From an uncultured Bacilli bacterium (GTDB taxonomy: Bacteria > Bacillota_I > Bacilli_A > RF39 > UBA660): DNA of 32,000 bases. Of this stretch, positions 24,153-32,000 are shown piece by piece. Each line of letters opens with the position of its first letter. Within the stretch, counting starts at the first letter, position 1. The stretch lies in NCBI GenBank assembly GCA_947629205.1, contig CANRCV010000005.1, positions 24,193 to 56,192 on the forward strand. Direction: 5' to 3'. The position numbers and the translations under genes were made by a program. Under the pieces are notes generated by a model. The model was not told the DNA's origin. It ran no database searches and worked only from the letters and a program-made list of their open reading frames with translations.

Positions 24153-24154
24153 TT

Positions 24155-24955
24155 TTAACTTAATTTTACTTGTACTTTTCTTTTTAATTCTACTATTTCT
24201 TCTGTAAAATAAGCATCCGGTATATAATCTTCTTCTCTTACTTTTTTATTTTCTAAAAGAGAAAAACTTTTAAAAATCCAGTTTTCCATCTCTTTAGGAG
24301 GATGACAACTTAATAAAATTTTAGCAAAATCATAATATCCATAAAGATTGATATAATGAGAAAAATCTTCTTCTAAGAAAAAGAAATAACTTTCTAAATA
24401 AAGTTTGATTAAATCGGTATAGGTACTTTTCTTTTTCTTTTCTTGTTTTGTAATATAATATTTACAAGGACTTTTACTTTTGGTATTTGGTTTTTGATAG
24501 GAATCCAAATCATATAAATAGGCTTTATGTTCATGAATAAACATATTATCTCCATGAATATCCCCTAAAACAATATAGTGATGAATATGGTGTAAAGCTT
24601 GAAACATTTGTTGTATATAATGTACTTTTTCAGGATAAGAAAGGTGAGATGAATAGCATTCACAGAATGTTTTAGCATTCATTTTATAAGACATTACATA
24701 CCCACTTTTATAAGGACAAGAATCCTCGAATAAAACGATATCTTCTATAGGTAGGATGTTTTTATGAAAGGGGATATTTTTTAAATAAAGTAAAGAGGCA
24801 CTTATATCTTTTAAAAACAATTTATAAACTTTATCTTCATGTAAAAATAAAGTACCACTTGTATTTAAGGTATGTGGTTTCATTTTTAATTTAGAAAAAT
24901 TGTTTAACTCTTCATTTGTTAAGTACCTCATATAAAACACACTCTTTAAATTCAT
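24155..24955 (-). CDS. CotS/APH-like kinase-fold protein
   Basis: The catalytic-loop pattern LGDIHGDNMFI is followed by YLYDLDSY. The start is uncertain (24955 or 24931). The longer ORF-track start would overlap the cse60 ribosome-binding site and start. Confidence 0.65.
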   Translation of the reverse strand: MNLKSVFYMRYLTNEELNNFSKLKMKPHTLNTSGTLFLHEDKVYKLFLKDISASLLYLKNIPFHKNILPIEDIVLFEDSCPYKSGYVMSYKMNAKTFCECYSSHLSYPEKVHYIQQMFQALHHIHHYIVLGDIHGDNMFIHEHKAYLYDLDSYQKPNTKSKSPCKYYITKQEKKKKSTYTDLIKLYLESYFFFLEEDFSHYINLYGYYDFAKILLSCHPPKEMENWIFKSFSLLENKKVREEDYIPDAYFTEEIVELKRKVQVKLS

Positions 24956-25042
24956 CTTATCGAGTATTATTCTGTTTGTCAATGAAAACAAAATTCGTCT
25001 TTTTTTTCTTTTTTCTTTGCTATAGTAAAGAGGGTGATTTTT

Positions 25043-25222
25043 ATGAAAGTAAAAGTCTTTGATGAAGGGCATGAAAAAGATTTAGAATACGCAATAAATG
25101 CTTTTCTAAGTACTATAAATGGTGATATAATAGATATCAAGTACAGCACATCGATTGCTGTTTGTGGGGAAGAACAAATTTATTGTTTTTCAGCTTTAAT
25201 TTTTTATAATCCCCAAGATTGA
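25043..25222 (+). CDS. Cse60-like small sporulation protein
   Basis: The product MKVKVFDEGHEKDLEYAINAFL ... IDIKYSTS ... EQIYCFSALIFY matches my recollection of the Cse60 family pattern. An AGAGGGTG ribosome-binding site is present. Confidence 0.7.
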   Translation: MKVKVFDEGHEKDLEYAINAFLSTINGDIIDIKYSTSIAVCGEEQIYCFSALIFYNPQD

Positions 25223-25230
25223 GTGATGTT

Positions 25231-26874
25231 ATGAAAAAAAGTTCTTTTATTGAAGGGACAGTTATTGCCACTTTAGCGATTATTATCACAAAATTTTTAG
25301 GAATGGTTTATGTCATTCCTTTTTATGCTATGGTTGGAGAAAAGGGAAGTGCTTTATATGCCTATGCGTATAATATTTATATTATTTTTTTAGATATTTC
25401 GAGTGCTGGACTTCCTATTGCTATGTCTAAAATTATTAAAGAGTTAAATACATTAAATTTATATGAAGCTAAGAAAAGAGCTTACCAAATTGGTAAAAAG
25501 ATGGTTTTAGCTATTTCGATTGTTATTTTTTTACTTTTGTTTTGTTTTGCCAAAACACTTGCTACTTTAATACTTGGTAATTTAAGTGGAGGAAATACGA
25601 TTCAAGATGTTACATTTGTCATTCGTTGTGTTTCTTTTGCTATTCTAGTCATTCCTTTTTTAGGGGTTTCTAGAGGATATTTACAAGGTCATAATATCTT
25701 TAAAAGTTCTTCTTTTAGTCAAGTTATAGAACAAATTGTCCGTATTGCTGTTATTTTAGGAGGATCTTCTCTTGCTTTATATGTCTTTCGCTTGTCTTTA
25801 AAAAGTACAATAGGAATTGCTGTTTTTGGAGCTTGTGCAGGAGGTATAGCATCTCTTAGTTATATTCTTTATAAAATAAAAAAGAATAAAAAGGAATTAG
25901 GTTTAGTAGAAATAAAACAAAAGGATACGATAACGAATAAAGAAATTGGTAAAAAAATTATTACGTATGCCATACCTTTTATAGTCATTGCCATTGCTGC
26001 ATCAATTAATGACTTTTTAGATATGGTGATGCTCATGCGTACTCTTTTTTTCTTAAAAATAGATACAGCTCAAGTGGAATTTGCAACAACAGCAATTACA
26101 ACTTGGAGTACTAAAATCTGTATGATTGTCAATTCGATTGCCGTAGGAATGACGACTAGTTTAATTCCTACTATCGTTGGTGCTTATACCTTAAAAGATT
26201 GGGGTGAGGTAGAAGATAAATTAAATAAAGCTTTGCAACTGATTTTATTTATATGTATTCCTATGTGTGTTGGTTTATCTATGCTTTCTAAAAGTGTATG
26301 GAGTCTATTTTATGGTGTCAATGAAATGGGCTTTACCATTTTTTCTATTCGTATCTTTGTTTCTTTATTTATTAATCTTTATATGGTTACCAATTCAACT
26401 TTACAAGGATTAAATAAGTTTAAAACGGTTTATAAAAGTACGATTATTGGTTTTATTACCAATATGTGTTTAAATATTCCTTTTATGCTTTTATTCCACT
26501 ATTTACATCTTGGTGCTCATCTAGGAGCTATATTTGCTACAGCCATTGGTTATTCTACAGCCTTTTTAATTGCGATTCATACGTTAAAAAAAGAACACCA
26601 TTTAAAATTCCAATCTACATTAAAAGAACTGGTAAGAATTATAATTCCTACAGTAGGAATGTTTGTTGTAGTTTATCTTTGTAAAATGATCATTCCAGTA
26701 AATCTTTATAGTAAAATTTCTTGTATTTTCTATACAGGGTTTATTAGTGTAATTGGTGCTATAACCTACTTTGTTATTTCTTATAAAATGGGTATTTTAA
26801 CGCGTATAGTAGGAAAACCTTATTTAAATAAAATCATAAAAAAACTCACCTTTGGTAAGTTGAGTTTCCATTAG
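25231..26874 (+). CDS. MOP-superfamily flippase (MurJ/SpoVB-type polysaccharide biosynthesis protein)
   Basis: It is a polytopic membrane protein with about 14 hydrophobic segments. The N-terminal pattern GTVIATLAIIITKFLGMVYVIPF is typical of SpoVB/MurJ-like proteins. Confidence 0.8.
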   Translation: MKKSSFIEGTVIATLAIIITKFLGMVYVIPFYAMVGEKGSALYAYAYNIYIIFLDISSAGLPIAMSKIIKELNTLNLYEAKKRAYQIGKKMVLAISIVIFLLLFCFAKTLATLILGNLSGGNTIQDVTFVIRCVSFAILVIPFLGVSRGYLQGHNIFKSSSFSQVIEQIVRIAVILGGSSLALYVFRLSLKSTIGIAVFGACAGGIASLSYILYKIKKNKKELGLVEIKQKDTITNKEIGKKIITYAIPFIVIAIAASINDFLDMVMLMRTLFFLKIDTAQVEFATTAITTWSTKICMIVNSIAVGMTTSLIPTIVGAYTLKDWGEVEDKLNKALQLILFICIPMCVGLSMLSKSVWSLFYGVNEMGFTIFSIRIFVSLFINLYMVTNSTLQGLNKFKTVYKSTIIGFITNMCLNIPFMLLFHYLHLGAHLGAIFATAIGYSTAFLIAIHTLKKEHHLKFQSTLKELVRIIIPTVGMFVVVYLCKMIIPVNLYSKISCIFYTGFISVIGAITYFVISYKMGILTRIVGKPYLNKIIKKLTFGKLSFH

Positions 26875-27191
26875 AGCATATACATATTGGTGGTGTTTTC
26901 ATAATTGTCTGTTGAAACAAGTCCTTTGGTTTCTAGTTTACTAATTCTGGCATCTAAACGATTTAGTTGGCGTTCTATTTTCGCAAGTCGAGATTCTAAA
27001 TCACTAAAATCATTGTTCGGTGTATTTAATATAGGTTGATTGTAGGGAATTGGTCCAGAATAAAAACTTTGACTTGCTTGTGCTCCTCCATAAGAAGCAT
27101 TGTTTACTCCCATGGGATTGGGCATACCCATATAGCTTGATTGTGAGAAATTCGCCTCATTAAAAAAGGCATTACGGTCTTTTTTCATCAA
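26871..27191 (-). CDS. hypothetical protein with low-complexity N-terminal half and C-terminal coiled coil
   Basis: The ORF is 106 aa. Its heptad-like segment is LESRLAKIERQLNRLDARISKLE. I recognise no family. Confidence 0.55.
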   Translation of the reverse strand: MMKKDRNAFFNEANFSQSSYMGMPNPMGVNNASYGGAQASQSFYSGPIPYNQPILNTPNNDFSDLESRLAKIERQLNRLDARISKLETKGLVSTDNYENTTNMYML

Positions 27192-27244
27192 AACACTTCC
27201 TTATGTTTTTATTATATGTAATTTATAGAAAGTAGTGATAAAAG

Positions 27245-27874
27245 TTGAGACTTCGAAACGTAAAAAATGCAAAAGAAAGAATAGAAAAGAGTGAATTTGT
27301 TATACATAATCCAGTAGAATACAAACACCATTTTCAAAAATTATTTTTAAATTCCAATCCCATTCATATAGAAATTGGTACGGGTAAAGGGCAATTTCTA
27401 TATGAAATGGCTAGGAAATACTCTACTATCAATTTTATTGGTATTGAAAAGTATGAAAGTATACTCATTCGAGCTATTGAAAAAGTAGAAAAAAATCCAT
27501 TACCGAATTTAAAATTTATTTGTATGGACGCTAAAAATATAGATACGGTTTTTGAAAAAGAAATTTCTTGTATCTATTTAAATTTTTCGGATCCGTGGCC
27601 TAAAAAAAGACACGCCAATCGTCGTCTTACAAGTCCTATTTTTTTAAACCTTTATGAAAATTTGTTTGCTCGAGAAAAAAGAATTATTCAAAAAACCGAT
27701 AATCCTATTTTATTTGAAAGTAGTCTTTTACATTTTAGTCAATTTGGTTATACGTTTTTAGAACTTTCTTTTGATTTAGAACATACTACGATTGAAAATA
27801 TTGAAACCGAATACGAACAAAAATTTAAACAAAAGGGAATGAATATTTACTATGTCAATGTTTATAAAAAGTAG
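27245..27874 (+). CDS. trmB: tRNA (guanine-N7)-methyltransferase
   Basis: The family N-terminus MRLRNVKNA follows a TTG start. The SAM-binding motif EIGTGKGQF and the motif NFSDPWPKKRH are present. Confidence 0.9.
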   Translation: MRLRNVKNAKERIEKSEFVIHNPVEYKHHFQKLFLNSNPIHIEIGTGKGQFLYEMARKYSTINFIGIEKYESILIRAIEKVEKNPLPNLKFICMDAKNIDTVFEKEISCIYLNFSDPWPKKRHANRRLTSPIFLNLYENLFAREKRIIQKTDNPILFESSLLHFSQFGYTFLELSFDLEHTTIENIETEYEQKFKQKGMNIYYVNVYKK

Positions 27875-27945
27875 ACAATAATTTGACATCTTTTAAATTT
27901 TAAAAAACTTTGTTATAATAAATCTACATGATAGGAGTGATTCCT

Positions 27946-28581
27946 ATGAAAAAAGGAATTTATTTACTACTAATCCTTTGTTTTGTTACGGGATGTCGTA
28001 ATGTCAAAACGAGTAGTTATGAAGAAATTATCGCTGCAGCTCTATACGAAAACAAAGTAAATTTTCCCAATAAAACCTCACAAGGATATAGTTATTATTT
28101 ACCAAAGGGATTGATTGTAGAAGAAGATTTAAATAACAATGTAACATTAAAAAGTGAAAAATATAATATGTATCTTTATATTGATCTAATTAGTTACTAC
28201 AATAAAATAGAAGATACATATAAAGAAAATAAAACAAGTTTTTATTCTAAATCAATCAAAAAGGATGACAAATTTGGGTATTTGGAAATAAATTTACAAG
28301 AAAATAACAAATATTTAATTGAAATTATGTATAATTATGCTAAAATAGAAGTGATAGTAAATAGTAAGGACATTAAAGAAATGCTTTCTTATGCTATATC
28401 CTTATTAAGTTCTATTTCCTATAAAGATAGTATTATTGCCAATATGGTTGGAGAAGATATTTTAAATTATAATGAAAATGAATATAACATCTTTGAAACG
28501 GTTGGACAAGAAAATACGCATTATGAATCTGGTACAAAAGAAGATACGATTGATGTACCCGATACAGATTTAATTAATTAA
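27946..28581 (+). CDS. lipoprotein, function unknown
   Basis: It has a lipobox signal peptide (MKKGIYLLLILCFVTGC) and an AGGAGTGA ribosome-binding site. Confidence 0.75.
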   Translation: MKKGIYLLLILCFVTGCRNVKTSSYEEIIAAALYENKVNFPNKTSQGYSYYLPKGLIVEEDLNNNVTLKSEKYNMYLYIDLISYYNKIEDTYKENKTSFYSKSIKKDDKFGYLEINLQENNKYLIEIMYNYAKIEVIVNSKDIKEMLSYAISLLSSISYKDSIIANMVGEDILNYNENEYNIFETVGQENTHYESGTKEDTIDVPDTDLIN

Positions 28582-28594
28582 GAAGGTGAAAAAA

Positions 28595-29479
28595 ATGGGA
28601 TTATTTAATAAATTAAAAAATGCCTTATTTGAAGATGAAGAATTGGTAGTAGAAGATTTACCAGAAATCAAAAAAGAAGAAGAAAAACCAGTTGTAGAAC
28701 CAAAAAAAGAAGAAAAGAAAAGTAAAAATGTCTTATTAGAGGATGAAGAAAATGAAAGGGATTTATTTAAAGCAGAAAATACATTTAAATTCCCAGAATT
28801 TGATGAAGAAGAGTTTCAAACCAATTATAAGACTTTATTAGAAAAAGAAGAGGAAGAGAAAAAAGAAGAGGTTAAATTAACACCAAAAGAAAGTTTTGAT
28901 CGTGTCAAACCAATTACGTATGAATATGAAAAACCAGTTACGCTTCGCAAAGAACCAAAAAAAGAAAGTCCAAAAACCGAAGAGAAAAAAACATTTAAAC
29001 CTTCTCCAGTCATATCTCCTGTGTATGGAATTTTAGATAAGAATTATAAAAAAGAAGATTTAATTGTTAAAGAAGAAGCACCAAAACCTAAGAAAAAAAT
29101 AGATGTAGATGCCATTCGTAAAAAAGCTTTTGGTACTTTAGAAGATGATATTGAAAGTACGTTTGAACAACCTAAAAAAGAGTTCTATGAAGAGAATAAA
29201 AGAAAAGAAGATTTACTCGAAAAAACGATAGAAGAAAAAATAGAGATTGATGATACGACTCCAACAACTAGAGAAGCCAGAAATGAAAAAAGAAGAGATC
29301 ACTCTGTTATCGTTGATTATGAAGAGGAAGAAAAACCAAACTATGAAGAATATGAAGAAACAAAAGAATTAAAAACAATTGATCCAGAAAAGAAACCTGA
29401 TTATGAAGAAGCTACTTTAGAAAATGATTTATTTGATTTAATTGATTCAATGTATGATAATAGAGAGGATGACGAGTGA
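28595..29479 (+). CDS. Glu/Lys-rich acidic protein with N-terminal amphipathic helix
   Basis: An AAGGTG ribosome-binding site lies 6 nt before the ATG. The N-terminus is MGLFNKLKNALF and the rest of the protein is low-complexity E/K-rich. Confidence 0.6.
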   Translation: MGLFNKLKNALFEDEELVVEDLPEIKKEEEKPVVEPKKEEKKSKNVLLEDEENERDLFKAENTFKFPEFDEEEFQTNYKTLLEKEEEEKKEEVKLTPKESFDRVKPITYEYEKPVTLRKEPKKESPKTEEKKTFKPSPVISPVYGILDKNYKKEDLIVKEEAPKPKKKIDVDAIRKKAFGTLEDDIESTFEQPKKEFYEENKRKEDLLEKTIEEKIEIDDTTPTTREARNEKRRDHSVIVDYEEEEKPNYEEYEETKELKTIDPEKKPDYEEATLENDLFDLIDSMYDNREDDE

Positions 29480-29784
29480 TGCAATTTTTAGCGGAATTTT
29501 TGCCAATTGTTATATATTTTTTATTAATAATTTTCTTAGTCATTGGCATACTATTAGGTATAAGGTTTATTATAACTTTAAATAAGTTAGATAAAGTGGT
29601 AGAAGATGTCAATCAAAAAGTACAAACGTTAAATGGATTTTTTCATATTATTGATTATACAACAGATAAACTTGTCCTAGCGACGGATAAAGTTGTAGAA
29701 GGAATTACAGCATTGTTTAAAAAAGTAGTCTTTAGTAAAAAGAAAAAAAACCTAAAAAAAGAAAGAGGGATTGAAAATGAATAA
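29476..29784 (+). CDS. DUF948-like membrane protein
   Basis: A single N-terminal TM helix is followed by a helical region. It lies directly upstream of a YtxH-like gene, which is a common pairing. Confidence 0.65.
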   Translation: MMQFLAEFLPIVIYFLLIIFLVIGILLGIRFIITLNKLDKVVEDVNQKVQTLNGFFHIIDYTTDKLVLATDKVVEGITALFKKVVFSKKKKNLKKERGIENE

Positions 29785-30226
29785 AAAAGGAATTGGAAAA
29801 TTTATTTGTGGTGCAGCAATTGGAGCAGGATTAGGAATTTTATTTGCTCCTAAAAAAGGTAGTGAAACCAGAAAAGAGTTAAAAGAAAAAACCGAAAAAT
29901 TAGCCAAAGACGTTAAAAATATGGATAAAAAAGATATTAAAAATAAATTAGAAAAGAAAGTAAAAGAACTTAAAAAAGAATTAGAAAATCTAGATAAAGA
30001 AACGGTTACAGAAACAATTAAAGAAAAAGGAAATGCGCTTCTTAAAAAAGCCGATGAATTACTGATTCTTGCGAAAGAAAAAAGTGCTCCAGTTGCTATG
30101 CAAGCAGCAGAAGATATAAAAGCAAAAACAGTTGTTCTTTTACAAAAAGCAATTGATAAATTAGAAGAAACACCAAAGAAAAAGACAACAAAGAAAGCAA
30201 AAACAACTAAGAAAAAAGCATCTTAG
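29777..30226 (+). CDS. YtxH-like general stress protein
   Basis: The motif GAAIGAGLGILFAPKKGSETRKELKEK is followed by a K/E-rich helical region. An AGAGGG ribosome-binding site lies 7 nt before the ATG at 29777. Confidence 0.8.
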   Translation: MNKKGIGKFICGAAIGAGLGILFAPKKGSETRKELKEKTEKLAKDVKNMDKKDIKNKLEKKVKELKKELENLDKETVTETIKEKGNALLKKADELLILAKEKSAPVAMQAAEDIKAKTVVLLQKAIDKLEETPKKKTTKKAKTTKKKAS

Positions 30227-30236
30227 TTGTTTTTTC
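30203..30236 (+). terminator. intrinsic terminator
   Basis: The 9-bp stem acaactaag/cttagttgt is followed by a T-run. Confidence 0.7.
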
Positions 30237-30269
30237 TTGCCAAATAAGTATTTATTATGTTAAAGTAAA

Positions 30270-30490
30270 GGTAGAAAAGGGAATGAAGAAAAATGTTTAG
30301 TAGTTTTCTTTTTTGGTCAAAAGAGATTTTGTGGTGGCTGAAAACAAAACAAGAAAAAGAAAATGAAATACCCATTTGGAGTTTCCTTATGGTAACGCAA
30401 TATAGTTTTTAAGTGCATGATTTTTTCATGAATTAAGGTGGTACCGCGATTATTTCGTCCTTATGGGTGTTTTATCGCGTTTTTATTTTT
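30270..30490 (+). promoter_or_regulatory. T-box riboswitch leader of tyrS
   Basis: The conserved T-box sequence AAGGTGGTACCGCG lies at 30435..30448 and overlaps the terminator stem (cgcgat ... atcgcg plus a T-run, 30445..30490). An AGAGA box and a stem III hairpin (catga/tcatg) are present. A UAC Tyr codon at 30368..30370 sits where the specifier is expected. Confidence 0.8.
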
Positions 30491-30512
30491 AAGAAGAAAG
30501 GATTTGATTTTT

Positions 30513-31739
30513 ATGACACTATTTGAAGATTTAAAATGGAGAGGATTAATTAAAGATATTACATCTCCAGATTTAGAAGAAAAACTAAATAAGGGAGGAA
30601 TGACTTTTTATATTGGAACCGATCCAACTGCAGATTCAATGCATTTAGGACACTTATCTAGTTTCTTAATTTCCAAAAGATTAAAAGAAGGAGGACATAA
30701 TCCCATTTTATTAATTGGTGGTGCAACAGGAAGAATTGGAGATCCAAGACCTACCAGTGAAAGAGAAATGAAACCCATTGCAGAAATTGAACACAATATT
30801 GAATGTTTAACCAAACAAGCTAAAGATTTATTTGGTTTTGAGGTTGTGAATAACTTTGATTGGTCAAAAGATATTAATTTTATTGATTTTTTAAGAGACT
30901 ATGGAAAATATTTTAATGTCAATTATATGTTAGATAAAGATATTATAAGAAGAAGATTAGAAACAGGTATTACATACACAGAATTTTCTTATATGATTAT
31001 GCAAGCTTTAGATTTCCTTCATTTATTTGAAACCAAAAATTGTACTTTACAAGTAGCAGGAAGTGATCAATGGGGCAATATCACCGCTGGAGTTGATTTA
31101 ATCAAGAAGAAATTAGGGGCGGATGCTTATGCCTTTACTATGCCTCTTGTTTTAGATAAATATGGTAATAAATTTGGTAAAAGTGAAGGAAATGCTTTAT
31201 GGCTTGATAAAACAAAAACCTCTCCTTATGAAATCTATCAATACTTAATTAATAGTGATGATGGAATGGTGATTGATTACTTAAAAGTCTTTACCTTCTT
31301 ATCACGCGAAGAAATTGAACGATTAGAAGAAAGTAATAAAGTACATCCAGAACTTAGAGAAGCTCATAAAGCCCTTGCTCGTGAGGTAATTACATTCTTA
31401 CATGGAGAAGAAGAATACAAGCGCGCTTTAGAAATGAGTGAATCTTTATTTAGTGAAGATATTACAAAACTGAGTGCTAGTGATATTATAGCGAGTCTTA
31501 AAGATATTCCAACATTTGAAATCAAGAAAGATACTTTACTGGTTGATTTACTTGTCGAATCTTTGATTTGTTCAAGTAAACGTGAAGCAAGAGAAATGAT
31601 TTTAAGTGGTGCTATTTCCATTAACAACAAAAAAGAAACAAATTTAGAAAAAATTGTTACCAAAAATGATTTAATTGATAATCAAGTTATCATTATCAAA
31701 AAGGGAAAGAAAAAATATTATTTGGGCTTTTATAAGTAA
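30513..31739 (+). CDS. tyrS: tyrosine--tRNA ligase
   Basis: It has the HIGH-type motif (DSMHLGHL), the KMSKS-type motif KFGKS and a C-terminal S4 domain. The start was moved to the ATG at 30513, because the ORF-track start lies inside the T-box terminator. Confidence 0.95.
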   Translation: MTLFEDLKWRGLIKDITSPDLEEKLNKGGMTFYIGTDPTADSMHLGHLSSFLISKRLKEGGHNPILLIGGATGRIGDPRPTSEREMKPIAEIEHNIECLTKQAKDLFGFEVVNNFDWSKDINFIDFLRDYGKYFNVNYMLDKDIIRRRLETGITYTEFSYMIMQALDFLHLFETKNCTLQVAGSDQWGNITAGVDLIKKKLGADAYAFTMPLVLDKYGNKFGKSEGNALWLDKTKTSPYEIYQYLINSDDGMVIDYLKVFTFLSREEIERLEESNKVHPELREAHKALAREVITFLHGEEEYKRALEMSESLFSEDITKLSASDIIASLKDIPTFEIKKDTLLVDLLVESLICSSKREAREMILSGAISINNKKETNLEKIVTKNDLIDNQVIIIKKGKKKYYLGFYK

Positions 31740-31742
31740 CAA

Positions 31743-31784
31743 AATCCTTCCTTCTCATATTCTAAAGTGAGAGGAGGATTTTTT
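31743..31784 (+). terminator. imperfect terminator hairpin overlapping the next gene's ribosome-binding site
   Basis: The arms aatccttccttctca and tgagaggaggatt are followed by a T-run. Confidence 0.45.
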
Positions 31785-32000
31785 ATGTATCCAAATGCTT
31801 ATGTTTATCAAAATGGAGATCGCCAATTCTTTTTTCCCTTTTTAACTGGAGCTTTAGTAGGAGGAGCAGCAGTAGGTCTTACAAGACCTAGACCTATTTA
31901 TAATGTAGCTCCACAAGGAGGTTACTATCCTCCAATGGGAAATGGACCTTATGGGAATTATTCTTATAGTTATTATTATCCTTATCCTTATGGAAGATAA
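31785..32000 (+). CDS. small Gly/Tyr/Pro-rich protein
   Basis: A GAGGAGG ribosome-binding site lies 7 nt upstream of the ATG. The product has a hydrophobic segment followed by a Y/G/P-rich tail (GGYYPPMGNGPYGNYSYSYYYPYPYG). Confidence 0.55.
   Translation: MYPNAYVYQNGDRQFFFPFLTGALVGGAAVGLTRPRPIYNVAPQGGYYPPMGNGPYGNYSYSYYYPYPYGR

Overview
This is an AT-rich chromosomal window of Firmicutes type. The evidence is a T-box leader, Gram-positive lipoboxes, strong AGGAGG ribosome-binding sites and sporulation-linked genes such as cse60 and a CotS-like kinase. The main result is in the left 7.5 kb. A CotZ/CotY/ExsY-family spore coat or exosporium gene is split into an N-terminal half (1..228) and a C-terminal half (7272..7505). 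The insertion is 7,040 bp and is bounded by identical 5-bp AAGGT cores. Its last gene is a large serine recombinase. Removing the insert rejoins the two halves in frame, as in the skin/SpoIVCA class of sporulation-gene intervening elements. The element also carries a ClpP paralog, an XRE regulator, a lipoprotein and small zinc-ribbon/DUF4190-like membrane proteins. Its most unusual cargo is an ORF-free stretch of about 900 nt, visibly richer in G+C than its surroundings, that looks like a large structured RNA. That stretch ends in three tandem modules of 77-85 nt whose first hairpin shows compensatory base changes. The rest of the window is mostly housekeeping: murB, an AlkD-like protein, a cyclophilin, gltX, hsp20, nrdDG with a divergent Crp/Fnr regulator, a TtcA-like ATPase, a MurJ/SpoVB-type flippase, trmB, ytxH and T-box-controlled tyrS. 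Several smaller accessory items are interspersed. These are a YolD-like/Y-family polymerase pair, a candidate type I toxin-antitoxin locus, a lone tRNA-Glu(CUC) followed by a Panacea (DUF4065) gene with an unknown partner, and an unassigned terminator-ended structured RNA upstream of the TtcA-like gene. All calls come from reading the sequence and translations by eye. No database search, covariance model or folding program was run.
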